From an uncultured Gemmatimonadales bacterium (lineage in GTDB: Bacteria > Gemmatimonadota > Gemmatimonadetes > Longimicrobiales > RSA9): a stretch of 64,000 bases of DNA. The notes beneath the pieces were generated by a model. It was not told the DNA's origin. It did not search any database and saw only the letters and a list, made by a program, of their open reading frames with translations. Every line of letters starts with the position of its first letter. Position 1 is the first letter of the stretch. Positions 41,360 to 50,936 of this stretch are shown here, one piece after another. The translations under genes and the position numbers were made by a program. Location: positions 1,056,001-1,120,000 of the forward strand of contig CAWCUS010000006.1 in assembly GCA_963798845.1 (NCBI GenBank), given 5' to 3'.

Positions 41360-42904
41360 TCAGGCGAAGATGCTCCAGGCGCGTCCTTCGAAATGATCTG
41401 GCGGCTCCACGCCCAGCAGCTGAAGAACGGACGGGGCAAGGTCGAGGATGTGACCCCCGGCGCACGAGGATCCAGCGGAAAGCCCCGGCCCCCGTGCCAG
41501 GACGAAAGCGTTCGGCCGGTGGTTTCCGGTGTAGAACGGAGAAACCTCGTGAGCCGCGGAGCCGGCGATCTCGCCGAGCCGTGGAGTCGCCAGCTCTCGG
41601 CCGATGCGCGCGGCCGCATCCCAGGAGACCATCAGGTCCGGGAGATCCCCGCGCATGGCACCGGGAAACGCGTGCTCGCTGGTGCTGATTCGCTCCGCCA
41701 CGCGTGCGCCGTTGCGGGGATTCTTGAGCTCCTCGAGCTGCTCGCGCACCGCGGCGACGACGTCTTCGGACTCGGGGCCATGCTCTACGATCCCGGCCGG
41801 CTCCCGACCGCGGAGGTTGAGGCGGAAAAACGCCTCGTTCGAGTTCGGGATGCAGAAGACGCGGGAGCCATCCCAGCGGATGGCGTCGTTGACCCATTTC
41901 ATGCTGAGCCGGTAGTGCAGGCTCCGCGGGAGGCAGCGACTGACCGCCTGGCGGGCCTGGAGCGGCACCAGCTGGCGGAGCCTGGAGAGGAGCTTCTTGC
42001 GGGGAGCGGCGCTGTCGTCGCGGGGACGCGCTGCCCGCGCCGTCGGAAAGCCAGCCCATCCTGCGCAGGAGCTCCGGCATGAGATGGCAGCCTGAGTAGT
42101 TCGGCCCCATCCCATCACCCGAGAAGATCATCCCGTGGTCCGGTCGTCCGCTGCCTCCAGGATGTCGCCGATGGCGGCGTCGACCGCCACGTAGACGTCG
42201 CGCAGCGCATCCGGCGCGCTCGCAACGCGTAGTCGCGCGCGGCCGGGTGGAGCGGGTCGCCGGTGTGCCAGAGGTAGTGACCCGCGCCGTGCGGCTCACC
42301 GAACGAGACAAACACCATGTCCCACGGTTTCGTCGTCAGGAGCCAGCGCGCCGCGCGGCCCTTGGTGCGGGCGCCCTCCACCAGTCGATCGCGGAACGGC
42401 GCGGGGTCCGGCACGCTCAGCACGTGCAGGTGCTCGGGCCCCGGATAGGGTCCGACCGCGCGCGTCAGCTCCCGGCGCAACCCGCGCGGCGTCGAGCCGG
42501 GTGAGCCGAACCAGGTCCACGTCCCATACTCGAGGATCTGGAGGCCGCCGAACCCGGGGAGCGGGTAGTCCATGAACGCGTCGAAGACGATGCAGCGCCG
42601 ACCTGCCTCATCGAGCTGCGCCCAGAACGGCGGGAGGCCGGATGCGGAGGGATCGGTGCGGTGCAACGCCCTGCACACCCGGGCTCGTCTGGTAGGCGTG
42701 GTAAAGCCCGTGGTGTCCGGGTGACGCGCCCGTGTAGATGGTCGGCCACGCCGAGACGTGCAGGATGTCCGCGGTCGTGCCCAGCCGCCCCCATGCGCCC
42801 TCACCGCGCAGCGCCGCCAGGTGCGGGAGGTCGCCCTCGTCGCACCAGCGCTCGATCAGGTCCGCATCGGCGGAGTCCAGCCCGATCAGGAGGAGACGCG
42901 ACAT
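41360..42904 (-). pseudogene. AlkP-superfamily phosphodiesterase-like gene with ~4 frameshifts (pseudogene or sequencing errors)
   Basis: LLLIGLDSAD, HVSAWPTIYTG, SGDGMGPN, RLNLRGREPAG, GNHRPN spread over different frames; shifts near 42667, 42220, 42135 and 42030. Confidence 0.75.
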
Positions 42905-42905
42905 G

Positions 42906-43982
42906 TCAGCGCCCGTCGCGCGTCGCCGATGCGCCCGCGGCGTGTCGATCCGCAGCGGGCGCGCCCGGCCAGACCTCCTCGATCCGAACCGTGCGGCCCT
43001 CCTGATCCGAGCGTTTTGCCGCCTGGAGCATGGCCACGTTCCAGATGTTGTCCTCTCCGCGCGTCTCGGCCAGGGCACCAGTCCTGACCGCGTCGTGCAG
43101 CGCGTCGAGCAGGGAGGTCGTTCCACCCTGGGGGTACTTCGCCTCGTCGCCGGACGGAACGGAGACCCGGCGCACGGGGCGGAAGAATCGCGAGCCGGCA
43201 GGCCGCCACGCCACGTATTTCCGATTCGTCCATAGGACGCCCTTCTCGCCTTCGATCCAGAGGGAGAAGGAGTAGCGGTGCGAGGTCATGGTGCCGAGGT
43301 ACTGCACCCGGACGCCCTCGAGGTCGATGAACGCCTCGCTCGCCGCACCGTGCCCGTAGTCGCTCCACGGCGGGTTCCATGCGTGGGCCGTCAGGCTCAC
43401 CGGGCGCCGGCCCAGGATTGCGCGCAGGCTGTCGAAGTGGTGGACGGCGATCTCCTGAAGCTGCGGGTACTCGATGGAGGCGAGCCACGGGCCTTCAGTG
43501 TGGCTGGGCATGCGCCGTCGATCGATCAGCGTGGCGGAGTCGACGTCCCCGATCCGACCTTCCAGGACCATCTTCCGGACCGTCCGCTCCGACGGCCAGT
43601 AGCGGTAGTTCTCCGCGACGATCACGGGCTTGCCGGTGCTGCGGGACGTCTCGAGCACGCGCTCGGCGTCTTCGATGGAGGTGGCGAGCGGCTTCTCCAC
43701 CAGGACGGCGAGTCCGGCTTCCAGCGCCTGACAGCTGTGCTCGGCGTGCAGCCTGGAAGGGCTCGCGATCAGGACCGCGTCGGCCCCGGCTTCCGCCAGC
43801 GCCCTGCCCAGGTCCTCGTAGTACTCGCGCCCGTCCGCGGGAAAGCGCTCGCGCATCGCAGCGAGGGCGTCGGGCCGGGAATCGACGAACCCGACGCAGG
43901 TCGTGTCCGGGTGGGCGTCGACGAAGCCGGCCCAGTGACCGCCACGGATGCCGACGCCGACCTGCAGGATTCGGATGCTCAC
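42906..43982 (-). CDS. Gfo/Idh/MocA-family oxidoreductase
   Basis: QVGVGIRG, VLVEKP, AENYRY, AVHHFD; GTG start overlapping upstream stop. Confidence 0.9.
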   Translation of the reverse strand: MSIRILQVGVGIRGGHWAGFVDAHPDTTCVGFVDSRPDALAAMRERFPADGREYYEDLGRALAEAGADAVLIASPSRLHAEHSCQALEAGLAVLVEKPLATSIEDAERVLETSRSTGKPVIVAENYRYWPSERTVRKMVLEGRIGDVDSATLIDRRRMPSHTEGPWLASIEYPQLQEIAVHHFDSLRAILGRRPVSLTAHAWNPPWSDYGHGAASEAFIDLEGVRVQYLGTMTSHRYSFSLWIEGEKGVLWTNRKYVAWRPAGSRFFRPVRRVSVPSGDEAKYPQGGTTSLLDALHDAVRTGALAETRGEDNIWNVAMLQAAKRSDQEGRTVRIEEVWPGAPAADRHAAGASATRDGR

Positions 43983-45616
43983 TGCGTCTGCTCCTCTCTC
44001 ACGGACGCCACCGGGGGCTCCACCAGGGACCGGCCCTCCATGTAGGCGGGGCGCTCCACGCCGAACAGTGCGAGAACGGTCGGCGCGAGATCGCGGGCGT
44101 GGGCGTCGCCGGTGAGCGACGCTTCGCCGATTCCGGGTCCCCGCGCGATCAGGAACCCCGGCGGCACGTGGGTCCCGGTCCGACCATCCGGGCTTTCGCC
44201 CGAAACACTGCCGATCCGGTCCGACGAAAGCGCGCGGATGGGCGCGTCGGCCGCCCACTGCACCACGAGGTCGGGCAGGTAGTCACGGCGCGGACCGTCG
44301 AGGTCGCGATCCGTCCGGATCACCTCGCGGACCGCGGCCTTTCCGGTGGCGGGATTGACGAGCTCGAGCAGCGCGACGGTCAGCTCTTCACAGAGCTGAT
44401 CGTACTCCCGGCCCGGCTCCACGATCCCCTGCGGCTCGCGGCCCCGCAGGTTGACGCGGACGAGCCCTTCGAGGTCGGTGGGCAGCGTGAACGCGCGCGT
44501 GCGGCTCCAGTCGATCCCTGCCGTGTCCACCCGCCGGGCCAGCGCATCGCGCAGGCGAGTGGGGAGTCGTCGGGCGAGCGCCTTGCGGAAGTCCTTGGGC
44601 AGGAGGTCCCGTAGCGCCTTCACCGGATCGAACCCGGGCCGGCCACTGGCATCCTCGCCGCGCTGGCTGCCCGCAACGTCGCCCGGCTGGCTGCGCGCGT
44701 CTTCCCCCGACCCTTCCGCCGCGGGTCCCGCGTCCCCCGCGGACTGCGGCTCGGCCAGCAGACCGAGCCGGCGCAGCACGTCCGGAAGGAGGTGCCATCC
44801 GGATCGATTGGGCCCGACACCATCGCCGGAGACGACGAATACCGTGGCGTCCGGCGGGAGCGCCGCGACGATGCGCCCGATCCCCTCGTCGATCGCCCTG
44901 TAGAGAGCCAGAAGCGCGGACAGGTCGGAGCGATCGGTGGCGCCGTCGGGTGAGGGCCACCAGCAGTAGTGGGATCCCGCGTGCGTCTCGCCGTAGACGG
45001 TCACCAGGCAGTCCCAGTGGTCACGCCCCATCAACGCCAGCGTGGCCTCCGTTTTCGCGCGCGCGCCCGCTACCAGGCGAGGCCCCAGATCATCCGGGTC
45101 GAGGCCGACCAGGCCGAGGTCGTGCGCTTCCAGCCCCACAGGGTAGCTGCCCACGCCGCGCCGGAGGTGCCCGAGCAGCGAGCGGGGCACCGCGTCCGTC
45201 TTCCAGTAATGCGCCCACGCGCCCCAGTCGATGACCTGGGCCACGTTCGGCCCGGCCTCCGGGTGCGTGTACGGGGCATCGATCACGGCGCACCGGACTC
45301 CCGCATCTCCGAGGAGACGCCAGAAGGTCGGTCGGCCATACTGTCCCGCGCCGAACCGACGATAGCCCTGCAGCCCGGGCGCTGGCTGGAACGTGTAATA
45401 GACGCCGTGCTGGGCCGGGCCGGTCCCGGTGTACAGCGTGGGCCAGGCGGAGACGTGGAGGGCTTCGGCCGTGGTGCCGAGCTCCACCATCGTGCCTTCC
45501 CGGATGAGGTCGGCGAAGTGCGGGAGCTCGCCGCGATCCGCCCACTGGCGGATCAGGGCGCCGTCTCCCAGGTCGAGGCCGATCACCAACACCTTCATGA
45601 GCTCAGGGGACGACAT
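43979..45616 (-). CDS. AlkP-superfamily (type I phosphodiesterase/nucleotide pyrophosphatase-like) protein
   Basis: VLVIGLD, HVSAWPTLYTG, SGDG, RVNLRGREPQG, GTH, DLAPTVL. Confidence 0.85.
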   Translation of the reverse strand: MSSPELMKVLVIGLDLGDGALIRQWADRGELPHFADLIREGTMVELGTTAEALHVSAWPTLYTGTGPAQHGVYYTFQPAPGLQGYRRFGAGQYGRPTFWRLLGDAGVRCAVIDAPYTHPEAGPNVAQVIDWGAWAHYWKTDAVPRSLLGHLRRGVGSYPVGLEAHDLGLVGLDPDDLGPRLVAGARAKTEATLALMGRDHWDCLVTVYGETHAGSHYCWWPSPDGATDRSDLSALLALYRAIDEGIGRIVAALPPDATVFVVSGDGVGPNRSGWHLLPDVLRRLGLLAEPQSAGDAGPAAEGSGEDARSQPGDVAGSQRGEDASGRPGFDPVKALRDLLPKDFRKALARRLPTRLRDALARRVDTAGIDWSRTRAFTLPTDLEGLVRVNLRGREPQGIVEPGREYDQLCEELTVALLELVNPATGKAAVREVIRTDRDLDGPRRDYLPDLVVQWAADAPIRALSSDRIGSVSGESPDGRTGTHVPPGFLIARGPGIGEASLTGDAHARDLAPTVLALFGVERPAYMEGRSLVEPPVASVREEQTQ

Positions 45617-46907
45617 GGTCAGCTGTCCGGGCCGTGCTGGATCGTTGATCGTCCGGCCCCCGTGCGGGGGCGCGGCTGCCGACGGGCTCGGCATCCCTGA
45701 GCGTACTCGGCATCTGGTCCAGACACAACTGCTGGAACATGCGGCCGATTTCGCTCCATGACTTCAGGTCCGCCGCCGCAGCGGCGGCACCCATCCGGCG
45801 AAGGTCGGCCGACGGGAGCCGTCGACGCAGAAGGCGATCCCAGCTGTCCACGTCGTTGTCGAGCAGGAATCCCGTCACCCCGTCCTGCACGAGACGGGTC
45901 AGCGTCCCGCTGCCCACTGTGGCGACCGGCCGTCCGGCGCTCATGTACTCCCGCACCTTCAATGTCGAGTAGCCGACCGTTCCACCGGAGAACATGGCCG
46001 GGTCGTACGGGGCCGCGCACAGGTCGGCGGCCGTGACGTAGGCCGGGACTTCCGTGTGTGGAACGCGGCCGTGGAAGAACACCGCGCCCGGCCGTCCGGA
46101 CGCCAGGTCTCCGTATTCCGCCCGGCGCGGCCCGTCGCCGAGCACGTGCAGCTGGAGGCTCGGATTCTCGACTCGCACCAGCGCGCGCAGAAGGGGCGCG
46201 AGGTCGTGGGTCTGGTCCAGGATCCCGACGTAGAGCAGCACCATCGCATCGGCATGGATTCCCAGGCGGGCTCTCGCCTCAGCCGGATCGCCCGGTCTGA
46301 AGAGGTCCCGGTCCACGCCCATTCCGATCACCTGGATCCGGGACGGGTCGAGCCCCCATCGCGCCACCATCCCGGCCTTCAGCACGTCGGTCTCCGCCAC
46401 GATGCACGGGGCCCGCCGGAGGAACATGCCTTCGATCGTGGCCGCAACGCCGCGACGCCGGCGCGTCCCCCGATTCCTGGGACCGGCCCGATAGCCGCCG
46501 AGCCAGTTCTTGACCGGGATCGCGGCCAGCCCCCGCTTCCTCCACTCGCGGGCGGCGAACCCGGTCAGCATCCAGTCCTTTTCCAGCACCACGTCCACGA
46601 CGCCAGCCCGTTCCGCACAGAAGCGCTGGATGCTCCGCAGGTAGCGTACGAACTCGACGTAGCCCATGCCCGTCGTCCCCACGTCGCCGGCGGGCGGCGG
46701 AGCGTCCGGCGAAGCGGGCGCGATCTCGAGGACGGGCGGATGGTCCGGACCGGGACGTGACGCGACCTGTCGGAACGCGAGCGTGATGTCGGCCCACCCG
46801 CTCATAGCGCGCGCGAGCCCGAGCATGTTCCGTGTCGGACCCGCCGACGGCAGGAAGTCGTGGCCCGGGGCCATGTAGAGGAGGGATGGCCGCGTACGGC
46901 GGGTCAT
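45603..46907 (-). CDS. Glycosyltransferase family 4
   Basis: GVDRDLF, LLYVG, GDGP, KVREYMSAGRPV, DGVTGFL. Confidence 0.88.
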   Translation of the reverse strand: MTRRTRPSLLYMAPGHDFLPSAGPTRNMLGLARAMSGWADITLAFRQVASRPGPDHPPVLEIAPASPDAPPPAGDVGTTGMGYVEFVRYLRSIQRFCAERAGVVDVVLEKDWMLTGFAAREWRKRGLAAIPVKNWLGGYRAGPRNRGTRRRRGVAATIEGMFLRRAPCIVAETDVLKAGMVARWGLDPSRIQVIGMGVDRDLFRPGDPAEARARLGIHADAMVLLYVGILDQTHDLAPLLRALVRVENPSLQLHVLGDGPRRAEYGDLASGRPGAVFFHGRVPHTEVPAYVTAADLCAAPYDPAMFSGGTVGYSTLKVREYMSAGRPVATVGSGTLTRLVQDGVTGFLLDNDVDSWDRLLRRRLPSADLRRMGAAAAAADLKSWSEIGRMFQQLCLDQMPSTLRDAEPVGSRAPARGPDDQRSSTARTADHVVP

Positions 46908-48247
46908 GCGCTTCCCCGCAGCCGCTGGTGACGCCCGTTCGGCCGGCCGGGGCGCGTGCCGCGCTCCGGGTCGGCATGGTCGCCGGTGTCCGTGTCGCCG
47001 CGCGCGAGCACACCCCGGAGGACGGATTCGACGGCCCCCGCCAGGGCGTCCCACGAGTGATGCGCCTCGACGTGGCGCCGCGCACTGTCCCCGATTTCCC
47101 GCGCGAGCTCCGGGCTCTCCAGCATCCGGAGGATGCCCCGGGCGAAGTCGGCGATGTCGCCGCTCTCGGCCAGCCACCCGTTCCGGCCGTGCTCCACGCC
47201 GGGAGCGGAGCCACGGAACGAGACCACCGGTTTCCCCGCGGCCATGTAGTTCAGCAGCTTGAGCGGGATCCCGGAGCAGTCCGGCCGGGGATTGACCGCC
47301 ACGTCGGCCTCGGCGAGCGCCGCAGGCACCCGATCGAAGCCGGCCACCACGACATCGATGGCGTCGGCCACACCGAGCGCCCCAGCGCGGGCCGCGTACG
47401 GCTCGAAGGAGGATTCGGTGACGATGACGAGCCGGGCGTCCGGGCGCGCCCGGAGAACTTCACGGAACGCCGCCAGGAGGAGGTCGATGCCCTGGTAGGC
47501 GGCGAGGTTCCCGGTGAACACCACCGTCGGACGGTGGCTCTCCCGCGGCCGCGAGCCGGCCGCCTGGAACAGCTCCAGCTCCACCCCGTCCGAGATCGTC
47601 GTCACTTCCGCGTCCACCAGGGATGTGCGCGCAAGCAGGTGGTCCCGGATCGTGTCGGACACCGCGATGACGTGATCGGCTCGCGGAGGCAGCCACCGGT
47701 CCATGAACGCGCCGAGGCCCCGTTTGGCCCGACGGGGCACGTACCGGCCGTACGTGGGCAGCTCCGTTTCCAGCAGCGTGTGGGCGTCGTATACGAGAGG
47801 GGGCCACCGCCCCGACCGCGCGGCGAGCCCGACCAGGAGTCCCTCGTAATGGTGCGCGTGTACCACGTCGATGTCATGCTGGCGAAGCAGCCGCCGCAGC
47901 GTGGTCATGAGAACCGGATCCAGGCGGAGCAGCTTCATTGCCGAAGGACCGGGCCCGGAGGATGAGGGGCCCAACGCCCGTCCTGCGCGGTGCACGCGAA
48001 GCCCTTCGGCCACCGCGCCCGATCCGCCGTACGTGACGACGTGAACCTCGTGACCGCGCTGGAGCAGGCCCTCGGCCAGCCTCTGGATTCGGACGGGCGT
48101 GCCGCGGCGCTCGGGGAAGGGACACGCCGCCACCACCGCCACCCGGAGAGGGGCGTCCGGACGACGCGCCCCGCGGCCGCTCTCCACAGCGGGGCCGAGG
48201 GAGCCGTTCGGCATCCATCTTCGCCCGGAGCCGCCCGGCCGGCTCAT
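46904..48247 (-). CDS. Glycosyltransferase family 4
   Basis: GHEVHVVTY, FTGNLAAYQG, PLKLLNYMAAGKPVV. Confidence 0.88.
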   Translation of the reverse strand: MSRPGGSGRRWMPNGSLGPAVESGRGARRPDAPLRVAVVAACPFPERRGTPVRIQRLAEGLLQRGHEVHVVTYGGSGAVAEGLRVHRAGRALGPSSSGPGPSAMKLLRLDPVLMTTLRRLLRQHDIDVVHAHHYEGLLVGLAARSGRWPPLVYDAHTLLETELPTYGRYVPRRAKRGLGAFMDRWLPPRADHVIAVSDTIRDHLLARTSLVDAEVTTISDGVELELFQAAGSRPRESHRPTVVFTGNLAAYQGIDLLLAAFREVLRARPDARLVIVTESSFEPYAARAGALGVADAIDVVVAGFDRVPAALAEADVAVNPRPDCSGIPLKLLNYMAAGKPVVSFRGSAPGVEHGRNGWLAESGDIADFARGILRMLESPELAREIGDSARRHVEAHHSWDALAGAVESVLRGVLARGDTDTGDHADPERGTRPGRPNGRHQRLRGSA

Positions 48248-49311
48248 GCCCACCCGCGGACGAGACCCCAGTACCCCCCGGCAACCAGGTCGAGGAGGCG
48301 CCGGACGCCGCGCTCCAGCGGCGAGGTCGTGGCCTCCGGTCGCAGCGGCACCGGTCCACCGGACAGCAGCGCACCGTCCCTCCGCGTCCGTGCGCGCTGG
48401 AACTGCCTTCGCTTCCGGTGGATCCTGGGCAGATTGACCACCACCCAGCGAGCGGCCGCCACCCACTCGCGCAGCCATCCCTTCTTGATCACGCCGGCCA
48501 GCTGGATGGCCTCGTAGAGCGCCAGCATGGGCGAGAGCAGCACCAGCGTGCGAACGGAGTAGTTCTTCAGGATGAAGAGCCAGCGGTTCCTGATGACGAA
48601 GAAGACACGCCGGCGCGAATACGAGCCCAGCGCCCGGATGGACAGACCCGGCGTGCCCGACCCGTGGTGGCAGCACGCGGCGGGTACGGCCAGGACATCG
48701 CGCCCCAGGGCCCGCATGCGATAGCCGAAGTCGTGATCCTCGAAGTAGATGAAGAAGTCCTCATCGAACAGGGCGGCATCGCTGCCGAGCGGCAGTCGCG
48801 ATCGGTCCACCAGGATGCACGCGCTGATGATCGAGTTCAGCTGGCGCACCTCGACGGGCGCTTCACCGTAGCGCGCGTCCGGATGCTCCAGCACCTGCTG
48901 CCCCAGATAGTGCGCCTGTGCGCCATCGTACTGGATCGTCGCCGGATCGCCGCCGTAGAGGATCGTCGGCATGGCGGTGACGGCGTCGGGATGGCATCGA
49001 AGCGCTCCCATCATCTCTTCCACCGCCCCGGGCGTCAGGCTCACATCGTTGTCGACCAGGAGGACCAGGTCCGTCTCCGACTGCGCAAGCGCGGCATTGC
49101 GCGCCGCGGCCGCACCCAGATTGGCCGGCATCGACACCCAGCGCACGTGCGGGAAGCACCGCTCCACCAGCGCGCGGCTTCCATCGGTGGAGCCGTTGTC
49201 CACTACCACGATCTCGGCCACCCGCGAAGCGATGCGCTGGACCGCTCCGAGCGACTCCTCCAGGAACGACTCGCCGTTGTAGTTGATCACGCACACCGTA
49301 GGCGCGGTCAT
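48244..49311 (-). CDS. Glycosyltransferase family 2
   Basis: VINYNG, VVDNGSTDGS, NLG..AARN, FDEDFFIYFEDHD. Confidence 0.9.
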   Translation of the reverse strand: MTAPTVCVINYNGESFLEESLGAVQRIASRVAEIVVVDNGSTDGSRALVERCFPHVRWVSMPANLGAAAARNAALAQSETDLVLLVDNDVSLTPGAVEEMMGALRCHPDAVTAMPTILYGGDPATIQYDGAQAHYLGQQVLEHPDARYGEAPVEVRQLNSIISACILVDRSRLPLGSDAALFDEDFFIYFEDHDFGYRMRALGRDVLAVPAACCHHGSGTPGLSIRALGSYSRRRVFFVIRNRWLFILKNYSVRTLVLLSPMLALYEAIQLAGVIKKGWLREWVAAARWVVVNLPRIHRKRRQFQRARTRRDGALLSGGPVPLRPEATTSPLERGVRRLLDLVAGGYWGLVRGWA

Positions 49312-49376
49312 GGTCGCCTCCGCGGGCAGCGCCGGGCCGCCTCCGGCCGAACGCGACGAGCCCCGCGCTTTGCCGA

Positions 49377-49811
49377 CTACCAGGGCGACCTCACCCGCAG
49401 GACCGACAGCCCGATCACCAGCGCCGCCGCCATCATGTTCACGTAGATCAGCCGGGGCGCGGGCTTGTGGCCCACGAACCACTGGTAGCCGACCATACCC
49501 GCGACAATCGTGATCTTCAGCGCCATGACCCGGCCGATCGGCTCGGTCATGAACTCCCCGGAAACCACGTGATGGACCGTGATCCCGTTGGCCGCGATCA
49601 TCGCGACGCCGGTGACGATCAGCACGAACAGGGATGGCCAGCCGAATCCGCCCCATCGGGTCCCGATGTCCCGGATCAGCTGCCGCTTCTCCGGCGGCTC
49701 GATCGTCTTGGTCGCGAACCCGGCGACCAGCGACCAGAAGAACATGTGCCCGAACCAGATCAGCGCGGCGGACACGTGCAGAATGACGAGAAGCAGGTAC
49801 CAGTCGGTCAT
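49377..49811 (-). CDS. 4-TM membrane protein, CopD/DUF4149-like
   Basis: ILHVSAALIWFG, LIVTG, GRVMALK. Confidence 0.6.
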   Translation of the reverse strand: MTDWYLLLVILHVSAALIWFGHMFFWSLVAGFATKTIEPPEKRQLIRDIGTRWGGFGWPSLFVLIVTGVAMIAANGITVHHVVSGEFMTEPIGRVMALKITIVAGMVGYQWFVGHKPAPRLIYVNMMAAALVIGLSVLRVRSPW

Positions 49812-50278
49812 GGCGTGGCCACCCGTGCGAGGATGGCGGACAGCACGATCAACCCGAACGCCGCGGCGCTCGTCGCGTACACGGCCGCGCGATTCGGCCG
49901 CCGCGCCAGCCGGACCTGCAGCGCGATCACCACGGCGACCACCGCCAGCTTGAGGACGAGGACCCGCCCGAACACGGTCCGGATGATGTCCCCGGACACG
50001 ACATCCGCGCCGGTCACCCCGCGGCTCACCGCCATTATGGTCCCCGTCAGCGCAAGGAGCAGGAGCAGCCCCCACGCGACCTGCGGAAAAGTCAGGCGGA
50101 ACGGAGCCGGAATCGCCCGCGGCGGCCATTCCGAACGCGTCACCAGCCCCAGGATGTCCGCGGCCACCGGGGCTCCGAATCGCCGCTCCACGGGCGGCGT
50201 GAGGATCAGCCAGAACAGCACGTAGCCGATCCAGACGATCGCGCACATGATGTGCACGTACACGGTCAGCAGTATCAT
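49808..50278 (-). CDS. 4-TM membrane protein, CopD/DUF4149-like (tandem paralog)
   Basis: VHIMCAIVWIG, LALTG, GRVLVLK. Confidence 0.6.
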   Translation of the reverse strand: MILLTVYVHIMCAIVWIGYVLFWLILTPPVERRFGAPVAADILGLVTRSEWPPRAIPAPFRLTFPQVAWGLLLLLALTGTIMAVSRGVTGADVVSGDIIRTVFGRVLVLKLAVVAVVIALQVRLARRPNRAAVYATSAAAFGLIVLSAILARVATP

Positions 50279-50323
50279 GTCACCGGCGTAGAACCAACGC
50301 TCGGCGGGGCGTCGTCGCCCCGC

Positions 50324-50482
50324 TCAGAAGATCGTGTAGATGAAGGGTGCGAGCGCCGACGTGTGTGCGAACACCAGCAACGCGCCCACGAGGAAAAGTA
50401 CCACGATCAAAGGCGTTAGCCACCACTTCTTCCGCACGTGCATGTAATCCCAGAGCTCGAGCACGAGACTGCGTCGGGCCAT
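50324..50482 (-). CDS. DUF5989 / SxtK-like 52-aa membrane peptide
   Basis: Below ORF-track cutoff. MARRSLVLELWDYMHVRKKWWLTPLIVVLFLVGALLVFAHTSALAPFIYTIF; GGAG RBS. Confidence 0.85.
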   Translation of the reverse strand: MARRSLVLELWDYMHVRKKWWLTPLIVVLFLVGALLVFAHTSALAPFIYTIF

Positions 50483-50537
50483 GAATCTCCTCTCTCTCCA
50501 CATTCAGGGCGGAAGCGTCGCTGCCGCCTCTCCACTT

Positions 50538-50936
50538 TCAGAACTGCCGCTCCAGATCGCCGCGAGGCCGCTCCCGCGGGACCCAGTGTCCGTCCCCTAC
50601 CCGGGGATGGACCAGCGAGTTCTTGCCCAGCATCCGCCGCACCAGCCCCATGGGCGTGATCACCACGTAGTAGACCGCTCCCATGAAGATCGGGGTGGTC
50701 ACCTTCGAGATCGCGTGCGCCAGCCCCATCCAGGCGTCCCGGACGGGCCCCAGGTGCGCAGGCAGCAGCAGTGCCCCCGCCAGGAGCAGGAAGGCCAGTG
50801 AGCCGAGGACGGCCGTGCTGATCGGGTGCCCTCGCCAGAAAGCGATGGCGGCGAGCACCAGGAAGGCTCCGCCGACCGTGAAGCCGAACTTCCGTCCCTC
50901 CGCGGACGTCAATCCAGTGGCACCTGTTCTCGCCAA
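50538..50936 (-). CDS. SxtJ-family membrane protein
   Basis: RKFGFTVG, WMGLAHAISKVTTP, YYVVITPMG, LERQF; TTG start after GAGGAGG. Confidence 0.8.
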   Translation of the reverse strand: MARTGATGLTSAEGRKFGFTVGGAFLVLAAIAFWRGHPISTAVLGSLAFLLLAGALLLPAHLGPVRDAWMGLAHAISKVTTPIFMGAVYYVVITPMGLVRRMLGKNSLVHPRVGDGHWVPRERPRGDLERQF

